DNA of 64,000 nucleotides from Chloroflexota bacterium (GCA_038040345.1 JBBPIQ010000001.1:645927-709926); one strand, 5' to 3'; counted from the stretch's first letter, positions 27,266 to 37,072 are shown. Notes: a model not told the origin generated them from the letters alone. Made by a program: numbers and translations.

Positions 27266-28888
27266 ATGGGGACCTTCGTCCTCGCCCTCCATTCGCATCT
27301 CCCGTATTGCCGCGGCGCGGGCCGGTGGCCGCACGGTGAGGAGTGGATCCACGAGGCGGTGCTCGGCACGTATCTGCCGTTGCTTGTGCTCCTCCACGAT
27401 CTTCGCGACGCGAAGGTCGCGTATCGCATAGTCATCGGGCTCACGCCGATCCTCATCGAGCAGCTCGCCGACCGTGACATCAACGTCCGCACGCTCGAGT
27501 ACATCGACGATCAGGTCCTGCGCGCCGAGAAGGACGTTCGGCGCTTCAGCGACGCACCGGACCAGGGTCGTGCCGAGCTCGCCAATTTCTATGTCGGTTC
27601 CTATCGTCGCTTGCGCGAGGCGTACCGAACGCGCTTCGGTCGCGACCTCGTCGGCGCGTTCGCGGATCTCGCGAAGACGGGTCACGTCGAGATCCTCACC
27701 TCAGCTGCGACGCACGGTTATTTGCCGCTCCTTGACCGGCCATCGGTCGAGGCGCAGCTAGGAATCGGCCGTCGTTCATCGCGCCGACTCACCAGCCTTG
27801 ATCCCACCGGCATCTGGTTGCCGGAGTGCGCGTACACACCTGGCCTAGAGAAGGCACTCGCCGCGCATGGCATCACGCACTTCTTCACCGACGCCGCGCT
27901 TCTGCCCGGACACGCGCGTCCCGCCGGCGATGTCCGGCGCCGTCGCGGGCAGAGCGAGCTCGGTCGTTGGGCGCCCCACGAAGAACGAGTCCAGGTCATG
28001 GAGGCGTCAACAACATCGAGTGACGTCGATCTCCTGCGTCCCTATTACGTGGGCGATTCCGATGTCGCCGCGATCGCGCGGCACGATCGCGTCTCGAGTC
28101 AGGTGTGGTCGGCGGTCACCGGTTATCCCGGCGATGCGCATTACCGCGAGTTCCATCGCAAGGACACGATGAGCGGGCTGCGTTATTGGCGCGTGACCTC
28201 GGTCCACACGGGACTCGGCGAAAAAGAGGTGTACTCGCCAAACCGGGCGGCCGAGCGCGTGCGCGATCACGCGCGTCACTTCGTGGACGTCGTCCGGAAC
28301 GAGATGGCGGGTCGGAGCGCGGACGGCCGCGACCCGCTGCTCGCGGTGACATTCGACAGCGAGCTCTTCGGTCACTGGTGGTTCGAGGGCGTGGATTGGC
28401 TCGGACTCGTCCTGCGCGAGCTCACCGAGTCCGACATTCGCGTTGCCACAGCGGCTGAGTACCTCGACCGCGAGCCGCCGAAGGAGCGCATCGCGCTCTC
28501 GGAAGGATCCTGGGGAAAGAACAACGATCACTCGACTTGGCTGAACGAGGGAACCGCGTGGATGTGGGACGAGCTCGGCCGTCTCGCGCGCGAGATGGAC
28601 GGTCTTCGCGCTTCACCCCCTCGGGACGATCCCTTTCGCGACCGCGCCGCGCGCCAGGCGGTGCGCGAGCTCCTGCTCGCGCAATCGAGCGACTGGCCGT
28701 TCCTCGTCACGACGGGGCAGGCCGCCGACTACGCGGTCGAGCGCTTCCGCTCGCACGTTCATCGCTTCCGCCGCGCAGTCGCGCTGGCGCACTCCGGCGA
28801 TTCCACCGAAGACGAGACCGAGCTGCGAAGCCTCGAGCATGCGGACAACCCGTTCCCGGATGCCTCGCTGAAGGACTTCGAGACCTAA
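27266..28888 (+). CDS. GH57-family 1,4-alpha-glucan branching enzyme-like protein
   Basis: GH57 N-terminal signature FVLALHSHLPY. It has the length and motifs of GH57 branching enzymes (Thermus/Mycobacterium type). ATG 27266 was checked. Confidence 0.75.
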   Translation: MGTFVLALHSHLPYCRGAGRWPHGEEWIHEAVLGTYLPLLVLLHDLRDAKVAYRIVIGLTPILIEQLADRDINVRTLEYIDDQVLRAEKDVRRFSDAPDQGRAELANFYVGSYRRLREAYRTRFGRDLVGAFADLAKTGHVEILTSAATHGYLPLLDRPSVEAQLGIGRRSSRRLTSLDPTGIWLPECAYTPGLEKALAAHGITHFFTDAALLPGHARPAGDVRRRRGQSELGRWAPHEERVQVMEASTTSSDVDLLRPYYVGDSDVAAIARHDRVSSQVWSAVTGYPGDAHYREFHRKDTMSGLRYWRVTSVHTGLGEKEVYSPNRAAERVRDHARHFVDVVRNEMAGRSADGRDPLLAVTFDSELFGHWWFEGVDWLGLVLRELTESDIRVATAAEYLDREPPKERIALSEGSWGKNNDHSTWLNEGTAWMWDELGRLAREMDGLRASPPRDDPFRDRAARQAVRELLLAQSSDWPFLVTTGQAADYAVERFRSHVHRFRRAVALAHSGDSTEDETELRSLEHADNPFPDASLKDFET

Positions 28889-28935
28889 GAACCTCCGCCT
28901 GCCAGCGACGTCGGGTGAATGGCGGCGAGTGGGGG

Positions 28936-28959
28936 CCGGCGACCCTACGTGGTCGCCGG
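28936..28959. terminator. bidirectional terminator hairpin between the convergent GH57 and L25 genes
   Basis: Sequence ccggcgacc-ctacgt-ggtcgccgg: a 9-bp perfect stem. Confidence 0.45.
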
Positions 28960-29008
28960 AGGGACCCGCGAGACCGCCGGTCGCCCGGCGGCGCTGGCCA
29001 GCAACGCG

Positions 29009-29797
29009 TTAGCCCTTCTTCGGCGCTCCACCAGCAGGCGCCTTCGGTGCGGCGCCCTTCGCAGCGTCCGCAGCTGCGGGCTTCGCGCCGGCTGCGGCAG
29101 GCTTCGCGCCCGCGGCTGCAGGCTTCGCGCCCTCGGCGCCAGCGGCCGGTGCGGCGGCTTCGCCCTCTTCACCTGCCGCGGCGGCCTCGCCCTCGACGGG
29201 TGCGGCAACCTCGGCTGGCGTCGGCTCCGCTTCGACCTTCACCGGGACCGCCTTGACCACAAGCTCGTCTGGGTCGTTCTCGACCTTGATCAAGGTCGCG
29301 TCGACCACGAGGTCGCGGACGAAGATCGCGTCGTCGATCTCCAGCAGTCCTGAGAGGTCGACCTCGATCGCGCGGGGCATGTCCTGCGGGAATGCTTCGA
29401 CGGTGACCTCGCTCCGCGCATGGAGCAGTACGGCGCCTAGCGTCTTTACGGCGGGTGATTCGTTCACGAAGTGGAGCGGCACGTCCGCGTGCGTCTTCTC
29501 GGTGAGCGAAACGCGGGCGAAGTCCACGTGGAGCATCTTGCCGCTGACGGGGTCGCGGCTCACGTCGTAGATCAGGGCCGGCACGTCGCCGCCATCGAGC
29601 CCGGTGAGCGAGAGAAGGGTCGTGTTGCCCCAACGGCGATAGGAGAGCTCGAAGGCGTGCTGATCCGTCTCGACCGGCGTCGAATCGGCGTGCCCGCCGG
29701 AGACAACACCCGGGAGCAGACCCTGGCGGCGAAGGGTGTTCACCTTCTTACCGAGGACCTGGCGCGGACGGACGCTGAGCTTTTGTGCTTCGGCCAC
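29009..29797 (-). CDS. rplY: 50S ribosomal protein L25 / general stress protein Ctc, with a long Ala/Lys/Pro/Glu-rich C-terminal extension
   Basis: L25/Ctc domain (RQGLLPGVV...HADVPLH...). The roughly 70-aa C-terminal tail contains GAKPAAA tandem repeats. Confidence 0.85.
   Translation of the reverse strand: MAEAQKLSVRPRQVLGKKVNTLRRQGLLPGVVSGGHADSTPVETDQHAFELSYRRWGNTTLLSLTGLDGGDVPALIYDVSRDPVSGKMLHVDFARVSLTEKTHADVPLHFVNESPAVKTLGAVLLHARSEVTVEAFPQDMPRAIEVDLSGLLEIDDAIFVRDLVVDATLIKVENDPDELVVKAVPVKVEAEPTPAEVAAPVEGEAAAAGEEGEAAAPAAGAEGAKPAAAGAKPAAAGAKPAAADAAKGAAPKAPAGGAPKKG
29078..29140 (-). repeat. about 21-bp tandem repeat (3 copies) encoding the GAKPAAA repeats of the L25 tail
   Basis: Three successive gcttcgcgcc-N10 units are seen on the plus strand. 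Confidence 0.5.
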
Positions 29798-29842
29798 GAT
29801 GGAGCGCTCCCCTGAAAGTTCTTGCGGAGACCTAATTATGGG

Positions 29843-30535
29843 TCAAGGCGGGGTTGGGAAATCGAGGACGACCCGGAAGGGTCCGGCGAGCTCGGTCACC
29901 TTCGGGCACGCGAGGTGGTCGAGGCCGACGCCCCAGAGCAGCACTCGCTCGAAGTCCTCGACGATCTTGACCTCTTTGATGAGCGGCGTCGTCGGCTTTA
30001 TGTCGTTGCTCCCGGTGTAGCTCGGCGTGCCATTCGGGTTTTGGGTCGAGGCGTTCTGGAACCGCGTCCCGAAGAGCGCGTTGCCGACGATCGTGACCGG
30101 CTGCCCGCTCGGCCCGGAGAGCGAGGTCGCGGTCTCGACGGTGTAGGCCGGCATGCCGAAAGGCCCGGGCGCGGTGCTCTGACCGAACTCGAAGACGAGG
30201 CGATCGAAGCCGGGCTGGTGCGCCACCCGCACCGCGACCAGCTGGGCCTGGTTGCTCGCGTTCCCGCCGGTCGTCCGAGGGCACGCCGCAGCGGGCGTGG
30301 ATCCCGGGCTTGCGGTTGCGGTCGGGACGGTCGTCGGAGAGCTGGTCGGTCGAGCAGTCGCCGTCGCGATCGGCGGGACCGAGGCCGTCGCCGTGGGGCT
30401 CGCTGACCGGGAAGCGGACGCAGTCGGGGTCGCCGTCGGCGACGAGGCCACGTCCGGTTGGGGCCCACACGCGCTCACGACCACTATGCCGAGGGCCAGG
30501 GCCAGCGCCCCGTAGATAATCAAGCGTCCAAACAT
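29843..30535 (-). CDS. hypothetical lipoprotein with a Ser/Thr/Pro/Ala-rich linker
   Basis: Internal start MFGRL was checked (cat at 30533-30535). Lipobox VVVSAC. The C-terminal domain of about 130 aa is of unknown function. Confidence 0.5.
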   Translation of the reverse strand: MFGRLIIYGALALALGIVVVSACGPQPDVASSPTATPTASASRSASPTATASVPPIATATARPTSSPTTVPTATASPGSTPAAACPRTTGGNASNQAQLVAVRVAHQPGFDRLVFEFGQSTAPGPFGMPAYTVETATSLSGPSGQPVTIVGNALFGTRFQNASTQNPNGTPSYTGSNDIKPTTPLIKEVKIVEDFERVLLWGVGLDHLACPKVTELAGPFRVVLDFPTPP

Positions 30536-30646
30536 CTGACCCAAAGCCTGCGGGACTAACGCAACGCTGTCGAGTTCGTCGACAAGCAGCCGAGCGTTCT
30601 GTACGAAGTCCGTCCGGGACACCATTTTTGGTAAAATGCATCTCGA

Positions 30647-32812
30647 GTGGCCGATCGCCTGCGATTGGCGCTGGTGTTTCACCAGCACCAGCCGGCCGGG
30701 AATTTCCCGTCAGTCTTCCAGGATGTGACCGAGCGGGCGTACGCCCCCCTCGTGGCCACCCTCTATCGGCACCCCGAAGTAAAGGCCAGCCTTCACTTCT
30801 CGGGGCCGCTCCTCGATTGGCTGGAAGCCAACCGCCCAGACGTCATCGGGGACCTCTCCGACCTGGTCCGAAGGGGTCAGATAGAGCTCCTCTCCGGGGG
30901 CTATTACGAGCCGGTTCTGGTCGGTGTGCCTCGGCGCGACGGCGTCGCCCAGATTCGGGCGCTTTCCGATCGGGTTCACGCGATCTTCGGACAGCGCCCG
31001 TTGGGCGCATGGCTGACCGAGCGGGTGTGGGAGCCCCACCTCCCGTCTCTCCTCGCCGAAGCGGGAGTCGCGTACACGGTCCTCGATGACGAGCACTTCC
31101 TCCAGGCGGGACTCCGCCCGCAGGAGCTCGGCGAGTCGTACGTCACGGAAGACCAGGGCCTTCCGGTCATCGTCTTCCCCGGAAGCGTGAAGCTCCGCTA
31201 CCTCATCCCGTTCCGCGACGTGAGCGCAACGATGAAGGAGCTCCGCGCCCGAGCCGACGAGGGCGCGCGTCTCGTCGTCTATGCGGATGACGGCGAGAAG
31301 TTCGGCGGCTGGCCGGGCACCTACCAGCGCGTGCACAAGGACGGCTGGCTCGAGCAGTTCTTCTCGGCGATCGCGCAGGCCGACTTCATCCAGACGACGA
31401 CGCTCGAAGACGCCTGGGTCTTCCAGAAGCCCGCGCGGCGTATCTACATCCCATCCGGGTCGTATCCCGAGATGGCTGAGTGGGCACTTGAGCCGAACGC
31501 TGCGAAGCGGTACCAGCAGGCGCGGAACAAGCTCGGCGACGAGTCTTCAGCGCTCGTTGCCGCTCCGCTCTGGCGGAACTTCCTCGCGAAATACCCTGAA
31601 TCCAACGCCCTCCACAAGCGGATGCTCATCGTCAGCGAGGAGCTCGCGCGCCGCAGCATCCTCGACGCATCGGCCGAGGTCCGTCAGGCGCAGCAGAACC
31701 TGTGGCGCGCACAGGGCAACGACGTGTACTGGCATGGCGTCTTCGGCGGCATCTACTTCCCGCACCTTCGTGCCGACGCGTACGCCTCCCTGCTGAAGGC
31801 AGAACGGATCCTGTCGGAGCGGCGCACCGCGGCCGGCGAGCAGCGCGACTACGACGTCGACGGCTACGACGAATACATCTTCCGTGGGAACGCGGGTGCC
31901 GTGTTCGTGCACGTCCAGGGCGGCGCCGTCATCGAGTGGGACATCTACGCGTCGGCGACCAACCTCGTCGACACCCTCGCGCGCCGGCCGGAGGCCGAGC
32001 ACGAAGCGCTGCGTCGCGCCGAAAAACTCGGCAAGGTCCTCGTCGGCAAGGCAGCAGAAAAAGAGTCGAAGTCCATCCACGAGGCCGTGCGCGCACGGGA
32101 GCGCGGCCTCTCGAAGCTTCTCGAATACGACGTCGCGCGCCGCGCGTTCTTCCAGGACAGCTTCCGCGTCGGAAAGGCCGAGCCGGTCGTGCTGCACGCG
32201 TACTACTACCAGCTCACCCCGCAGCGCGAGGCGCGCACCGTGAGCCTCATCCTCGAGCCGCCGCCGCGCTCTCTCGCGAGCGTTCCCGGCCTCGGGATCC
32301 GCAAGGACATCCGCATCGCCGACGAAGGGCTCGCCGCTGGCGTCCGCTACCGCCTTCGCAACGACGGCGAGGAAGCGATAAGTCTCCAGTTCACCAGCAC
32401 GTCGAACATCGGTCTGCTTTCCGAGCAGAACCCGGCCGACGTGATCACGGTCGGCACGCGGAAGACGACCGCGGGAAAGCCGATCGACGCGCGGCATGTG
32501 TCAGAAATCGCCGTTCACTCGGAATCGAAGCACTTTGACATCGCAATTGCTATCGATCCGCCGTGCGAGGTGACGACACGGCCGATCTACTCGATCACCA
32601 ACTCCGAGCAGGGCTTCGAACGCGTCTATCAGCAGTTGGAGATCGCCTCGATGTGGAACGTCACCATCGAGCCCGACGCCCATGTCGACCTCGAGGTGCG
32701 CGCGACCGCGGTCGGCCAGATGGTCGAGCCGGACGCCGTTCGTCCGACGGCTCGGCGCCGCAAGGCCGCGGCTGGCGCGAGCGCGGAAACGGCGAGGGCT
32801 CCGCGGAGGTAA
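30647..32812 (+). CDS. GH57-family alpha-glucan-active enzyme (4-alpha-glucanotransferase / amylopullulanase-like)
   Basis: Classic GH57 start LALVFHQHQP. The catalytic region and 721-aa size fit GH57 glucanotransferase-like enzymes. Confidence 0.75.
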   Translation: MADRLRLALVFHQHQPAGNFPSVFQDVTERAYAPLVATLYRHPEVKASLHFSGPLLDWLEANRPDVIGDLSDLVRRGQIELLSGGYYEPVLVGVPRRDGVAQIRALSDRVHAIFGQRPLGAWLTERVWEPHLPSLLAEAGVAYTVLDDEHFLQAGLRPQELGESYVTEDQGLPVIVFPGSVKLRYLIPFRDVSATMKELRARADEGARLVVYADDGEKFGGWPGTYQRVHKDGWLEQFFSAIAQADFIQTTTLEDAWVFQKPARRIYIPSGSYPEMAEWALEPNAAKRYQQARNKLGDESSALVAAPLWRNFLAKYPESNALHKRMLIVSEELARRSILDASAEVRQAQQNLWRAQGNDVYWHGVFGGIYFPHLRADAYASLLKAERILSERRTAAGEQRDYDVDGYDEYIFRGNAGAVFVHVQGGAVIEWDIYASATNLVDTLARRPEAEHEALRRAEKLGKVLVGKAAEKESKSIHEAVRARERGLSKLLEYDVARRAFFQDSFRVGKAEPVVLHAYYYQLTPQREARTVSLILEPPPRSLASVPGLGIRKDIRIADEGLAAGVRYRLRNDGEEAISLQFTSTSNIGLLSEQNPADVITVGTRKTTAGKPIDARHVSEIAVHSESKHFDIAIAIDPPCEVTTRPIYSITNSEQGFERVYQQLEIASMWNVTIEPDAHVDLEVRATAVGQMVEPDAVRPTARRRKAAAGASAETARAPRR

Positions 32813-34091
32813 GTCTGGGCGTGACCGGCGTACGCGCGGCAGGCGACCTTCCATAGCGACGACGCTCGGACGGCGCGACGCCGTCCTCTACCTCATCGCG
32901 GCGGGTCTGGGGAGCTTCGGCCTCGGCGTCGCGCAGTTCTACCTGAACTTCCTATACCGCTCACTCGGCTTCGACGCGTTCGCGATCGGACTCCTGGCCG
33001 GGGCGGAAGCTCTCGGCGTCGTCGCCGGAGCGATCCCGGCGGCGATCTTCACACGCGGGCGATCGCGCCGTGCGGCGATCCTTCTCGGGGGCACGCTCAC
33101 CGGGATCGGCATCTTCGGGATCCTCATCTTCAACGCGCTTGGCGCGGTCTTCCTCTCGGCGATGCTCGTCGGCTTCGGGGGGATCATCGCGAGCTCCTCT
33201 GGCGCCGCGCTCCTTGCGGATGCGACCGACGCCGCGCGGCGCGCGACGCGTTTCGGCCAGCAGGTCGCGCTCGGCACGACGGCCGCGTTCCTTTCGAGCG
33301 TGATCGCGGGCGCGCTCGCGACGCCGGTGGCGTCGCTACTCGGCGCTCGACCGGACGACGCGCTCGTGTTGCGAGCTCTCGTCGGGAGCGGCGGCATCAT
33401 CGCGGCCGCGTCGATCGTTCCCATCCTCGCGATCCGTGCTGTGCCTGTCGCCCAGCACACCCTCGCGGCGCCGACGCGCAACGACCTCGTGCGGCGCTTT
33501 CTCGCCATCGAGATCCTCTTCGGTTTCGGCGCGGGCAGCTTCCTCCCGTTCGTGAACCTCTTCTTCGCCGACCGCTACGGAGTGCCGTTCTCAGCCCTCG
33601 GCCTCGTCCTCGGCGTCCTCGCGGTCGCCGGCAGCATCGGCGCGCTGCTCCACGGCCGCTTTGTCGCGGCGCGCCTCGGGGCGATCCCGTCGATCGTTCT
33701 CGTGGAGGCACTGTCCTTGCCTTTCGCGCTCGTCGCCGCGTTCACCGGCGCACTACCGATCGCCGTCGGCGCGCTCGCGACGCGCCATTTCCTGATGTTC
33801 GGCGCGAGCGGGACCGTGAACGCCTTCCAGCTCTCGTCCTTCACGCCGGCGGAGCGCGCCGGGGCGAACGCCGTCTTCGCGCTCGCCTGGAGCGCCGCGA
33901 ACGCGGTCGGCGCGATCCTCTCGGGCGCGATACGCGCGCGGCTCGGGCCCGAGGGGTTCACGGCCAACCTCGTCACGCTCGTCGTCGCGTACGGGCTCGC
34001 GGCGGTCCTCACCTGGCGACTCTTCGCGACGCATAGGCCCAGTGGCGATGTTGGCGTGCGCACCCTCGCTGTCCCAGACTCGCGCGGGTGA
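32682..34091 (+). CDS. MFS transporter (start uncertain)
   Basis: Twelve transmembrane helices. The only canonical start is ATG 32682, which overlaps the GH57 gene by 131 nt and adds an Arg-rich 60-aa N-terminus. No ATG/GTG/TTG lies between the GH57 stop (32812) and the first transmembrane helix; ATA (32853) and CTG (32898) are the only alternatives I found. Confidence 0.7.
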   Translation: MSTSRCARPRSARWSSRTPFVRRLGAARPRLARARKRRGLRGGKSGRDRRTRGRRPSIATTLGRRDAVLYLIAAGLGSFGLGVAQFYLNFLYRSLGFDAFAIGLLAGAEALGVVAGAIPAAIFTRGRSRRAAILLGGTLTGIGIFGILIFNALGAVFLSAMLVGFGGIIASSSGAALLADATDAARRATRFGQQVALGTTAAFLSSVIAGALATPVASLLGARPDDALVLRALVGSGGIIAAASIVPILAIRAVPVAQHTLAAPTRNDLVRRFLAIEILFGFGAGSFLPFVNLFFADRYGVPFSALGLVLGVLAVAGSIGALLHGRFVAARLGAIPSIVLVEALSLPFALVAAFTGALPIAVGALATRHFLMFGASGTVNAFQLSSFTPAERAGANAVFALAWSAANAVGAILSGAIRARLGPEGFTANLVTLVVAYGLAAVLTWRLFATHRPSGDVGVRTLAVPDSRG

Positions 34092-35755
34092 CGACGCTCC
34101 TCCGCGACCAGGTCGCCGCCGCGATCAAAGATGCCCTCGCGCGCGCGTCGAAGGAGCTCGGGTGGCCTGACCTCGACGGCGTACCTGTCGACGTGGAGCG
34201 TCCCGCCAATCCGGAGCACGGCGATTACGCTTCGAACGTCGCGCTCAAGCTGGCGAAGCAAGTGCGCAAGCCCCCGCGTGATATCGCAAAAGCCATTGGC
34301 GAGCGGGTTCGCATCGCTTCCCCGATCGCCGCGGTCGAAGACCTGAGCGGTTTCGTGAACGTGCGCCTGGATGAGAAGTGGCTCGCCGCGCAGGTCGACG
34401 AGATCGTGCGCGCGGGCACCGACTTCGGCCGCTCGAAGACCCTTGCCGGCAAGCGCATGCAGGTCGAATTCGTCTCCGCGAATCCGACGGGGCCGCTCAC
34501 CGTAGCGAACGCGCGCGGCGGGCCGCTCGGCGACGCGCTTTCGTCGGTGCTCGAGTTCTCGGGCGCGAGGGTCGAGCGCGAGTACTACGTCGAGGACACC
34601 GGAACCCAGTTCGACACGTTCGGCCGCTCCATCGCCATCCGCTACCGGCAGCTCCACGGCGAGGACATCGAGATCCCCGCCGATGCGTATCCCGCCGAGT
34701 ACGTGAAGGACATCGCCGCCGGGATCAAGACGCGTGATGGCGACAACTGGATGAAGCTCCCGCTCGAAGAGCAGGCGAAGAAGTTCGCGCCCGAGGGCGT
34801 GGAGTGGGTCCTGGGTGAAGCGAAGCGCGTGACGGCCATGCTCGGAATCCGGTACGACACGTGGTTCTCGCAGGCCGAGATGATGCGGTCGGGCTACTTC
34901 GAAAGGACGCTCGCCGAGCTGCGCAAGCTCGGCAAGGTCTACGACAAGGACGGCGCCGTCTGGTTCGAGGCGAGCGAGTCGGTCGACGACAAAGAGGGCT
35001 GGGTCCTCGTTCGCTCGAACGGCGAGCCGGGTTATCTCGGGAAGGACATCGCGTACCACGTTCAGTCACTGCGCGATCGGCGCTTCGACAAGAAGATCGA
35101 CATCTGGGGATCGAACACGCACTACCACCTCATCCAGATGCGCGCCGCGATGGAGGCGCTCGGTCTGCTCGAGAAGTTCGAGGTCGTTCTCTATCAGTAC
35201 GTGCGCTTCCTGCACGAGGGCGTGCTCAAGCGCATGCAGAGACGAACGAACCAGTTCCTCCTGCTCGAGGAGGTCATCGAGGCCGTCGGCAAGGACGCGA
35301 CGCGCTACTTCTTTCTCCAATCCAGCGCGGACCGCCAGCTCGACTTCGATCTCGAGCTCGCGGTCCAGCAGTCGAACGAGAACCCCGTCTATTACGTGCA
35401 GTACGCGCACGCGCGCATCGCGAGCATCCTGCGGACCGCCTCCGAGCGTGGGATCGACACGAACGGCGCCGATACCGCGCTGCTCACCGACAAGGGCGAG
35501 CTCGACCTCGTGCGGCTCGTTCTTCGTTTTCCCGAGCTCGTCGACGACGTCCGCCAGCACTACGGCGTGCATCAGCTCACGACCTATGCGCTCGAGCTCG
35601 CCGGTGCGTTCCACGGGTTCTATCGCGACCACCGCGTGGTCGACGAAGCGGATGTCGCGCGGTCCAAAGCGCGCTTACGCCTGGTTCAGGCGGTGCAGGT
35701 CGCGCTTCGTCAGACGCTCGGACTGCTTGGAGTCAGCGCTCCCGAAAAGATGTAG
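34088..35755 (+). CDS. argS: arginine--tRNA ligase
   Basis: Class I aminoacyl-tRNA synthetase motifs (VEFVSANPTGPLTV; HIGH-type region) and a C-terminal DALR anticodon-binding domain. GTGA overlap with the upstream MFS gene. Confidence 0.9.
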   Translation: MTTLLRDQVAAAIKDALARASKELGWPDLDGVPVDVERPANPEHGDYASNVALKLAKQVRKPPRDIAKAIGERVRIASPIAAVEDLSGFVNVRLDEKWLAAQVDEIVRAGTDFGRSKTLAGKRMQVEFVSANPTGPLTVANARGGPLGDALSSVLEFSGARVEREYYVEDTGTQFDTFGRSIAIRYRQLHGEDIEIPADAYPAEYVKDIAAGIKTRDGDNWMKLPLEEQAKKFAPEGVEWVLGEAKRVTAMLGIRYDTWFSQAEMMRSGYFERTLAELRKLGKVYDKDGAVWFEASESVDDKEGWVLVRSNGEPGYLGKDIAYHVQSLRDRRFDKKIDIWGSNTHYHLIQMRAAMEALGLLEKFEVVLYQYVRFLHEGVLKRMQRRTNQFLLLEEVIEAVGKDATRYFFLQSSADRQLDFDLELAVQQSNENPVYYVQYAHARIASILRTASERGIDTNGADTALLTDKGELDLVRLVLRFPELVDDVRQHYGVHQLTTYALELAGAFHGFYRDHRVVDEADVARSKARLRLVQAVQVALRQTLGLLGVSAPEKM

Positions 35756-35788
35756 CTCGCTTGACGCGCTTTCCCTATTTCACTAGTG

Positions 35789-35809
35789 TAGTAGTGAAAG
35801 TGGCTACTA
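35789..35809. promoter_or_regulatory. inverted repeat TAGTAG-N9-CTACTA overlapping the start of the gntR/ytrA-like gene; candidate autoregulatory operator
   Basis: The sequence reads tagtagtgaaagtggctacta. This is an AT-rich island in GC-rich DNA. Confidence 0.35.
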
Positions 35810-36219
35810 TCCGTTTCCGCCTCGATCCGAGCTCAGGCGTGCCGACCTATTTACAGCTCGTCCATCAGGTCAAGCACGCGGTGCAGTACGCGATGCTGAA
35901 ACCCGGCGATCGGCTACCCACCGCCCGCGAGGTCGTCGAAGACCTGGCCATAAACCCGAACACCGTCCTCAAGGCGTACCGCGAGCTCGAACGTGAAGGA
36001 TTCGTGTACAGCCGGCCGGGCGCGGGAACCTTTGTCGCGGACGATGCGCCAGCTCCGCTCGCGCGCACGGTCCATCAACCGCTGCGCCGGTCGCTGGATC
36101 GTTTGCTCGCGAGCGCTCTTGCGGCGGGCCTCGATCGCGAGAGCGTCGTCGCCCTGATGACCCTCGCACTGAACGACGCATTCCCCGAGAAGGAGGCTGC
36201 TCATGGACGTCGTGCTTGA
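35794..36219 (+). CDS. GntR-family transcriptional regulator, YtrA subfamily
   Basis: Winged HTH (VPTYLQLVHQVKHAVQYAMLKPGDRLPTAREVVEDLAINPNTVLKAYRELEREGF) with a short C-terminal region. Followed by ABC ATPase and ABC-2 permease genes. GTG starts at 35794 or 35800. Confidence 0.7.
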   Translation: MKVATIRFRLDPSSGVPTYLQLVHQVKHAVQYAMLKPGDRLPTAREVVEDLAINPNTVLKAYRELEREGFVYSRPGAGTFVADDAPAPLARTVHQPLRRSLDRLLASALAAGLDRESVVALMTLALNDAFPEKEAAHGRRA

Positions 36220-37072
36220 GACATCCGGCCTGACGAAGCGGTATGGAAGGACCGAAGCCCTGCGCGGGTGCGACCTCTCGCTCGCAGGCGGGAAGGTGAC
36301 CGGTCTCGTCGGGCCGAACGGCGCCGGGAAGACCACCCTTTTGAACATCGCGGTCGGTCTCCACCGGCCGAGTTCGGGACGGATCCGCGTCCTCGGGCTT
36401 GACCCTTCCCGTGATGCTGTGGCGCTTCTCGCGCGCGTCGGCTTCGTTGCGCAGGACCCGCTTCACCAAGGCTTCACGGTCGCCGAGACCCTTGAGATCG
36501 GCCGCCGGCTGAATCCGCGATGGGACCACGCCTACGCGCTTGCGCGTGTGAAGCATTTTGCTCTGCCGCTCGACCGTCCGGTGCGATCCCTCTCCACCGG
36601 GCAGCGCGCTCAGCTGGCGCTCACGCTCGCGCTCGGGAAGCGCCCCGATGTGCTTCTGCTGGATGAACCCGTCGCGAATCTCGACCCGGTCGCTCGCCTC
36701 GAGCTCCTCGAGGAGCTCATGGGCGTTGTCGCCGAGAACGGCCCGAGCGTGATCCTCTCATCGAACGTCCTCGCCGATGTCGAACGCGTATGCGAATACG
36801 TCGTGATCCTGGTCGACGGGCGGGTGCGCATTTCGGGCGACGCGGACCAGCTTGTGCGGTCCCACGTTGTTGTGAGCGGTCCGCGCCGCAGCGCGGGCGA
36901 GCCCGTTGACGACGGCGAGGTAATCGAGGTCCGGCACGCGGAGCGGCAAACGACGCGCCTGCTTCGCGGTCACGCCGCTGCGTCCCAGGACGGGACCGAG
37001 GTCCGCCAGGCGACGCTCGAGGAGATCGTCGTCGGTTATCTGCGATCGGAGCGCGAGGAGGTGTCCAAATGA
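36203..37072 (+). CDS. ABC transporter ATP-binding protein
   Basis: Walker A GPNGAGKTT, ABC signature LSTGQRAQ, Walker B LLLDEP. Confidence 0.85.
   Translation: MDVVLETSGLTKRYGRTEALRGCDLSLAGGKVTGLVGPNGAGKTTLLNIAVGLHRPSSGRIRVLGLDPSRDAVALLARVGFVAQDPLHQGFTVAETLEIGRRLNPRWDHAYALARVKHFALPLDRPVRSLSTGQRAQLALTLALGKRPDVLLLDEPVANLDPVARLELLEELMGVVAENGPSVILSSNVLADVERVCEYVVILVDGRVRISGDADQLVRSHVVVSGPRRSAGEPVDDGEVIEVRHAERQTTRLLRGHAAASQDGTEVRQATLEEIVVGYLRSEREEVSK

Noticed and set aside
34861-36219. 452-aa plus-strand ORF spanning the argS 3' end and the GntR gene
   Set aside because: Its N-terminal 310 aa is an alternative frame of argS (Arg-rich junk). The genuine gene is the YtrA-like regulator beginning at GTG 35794.
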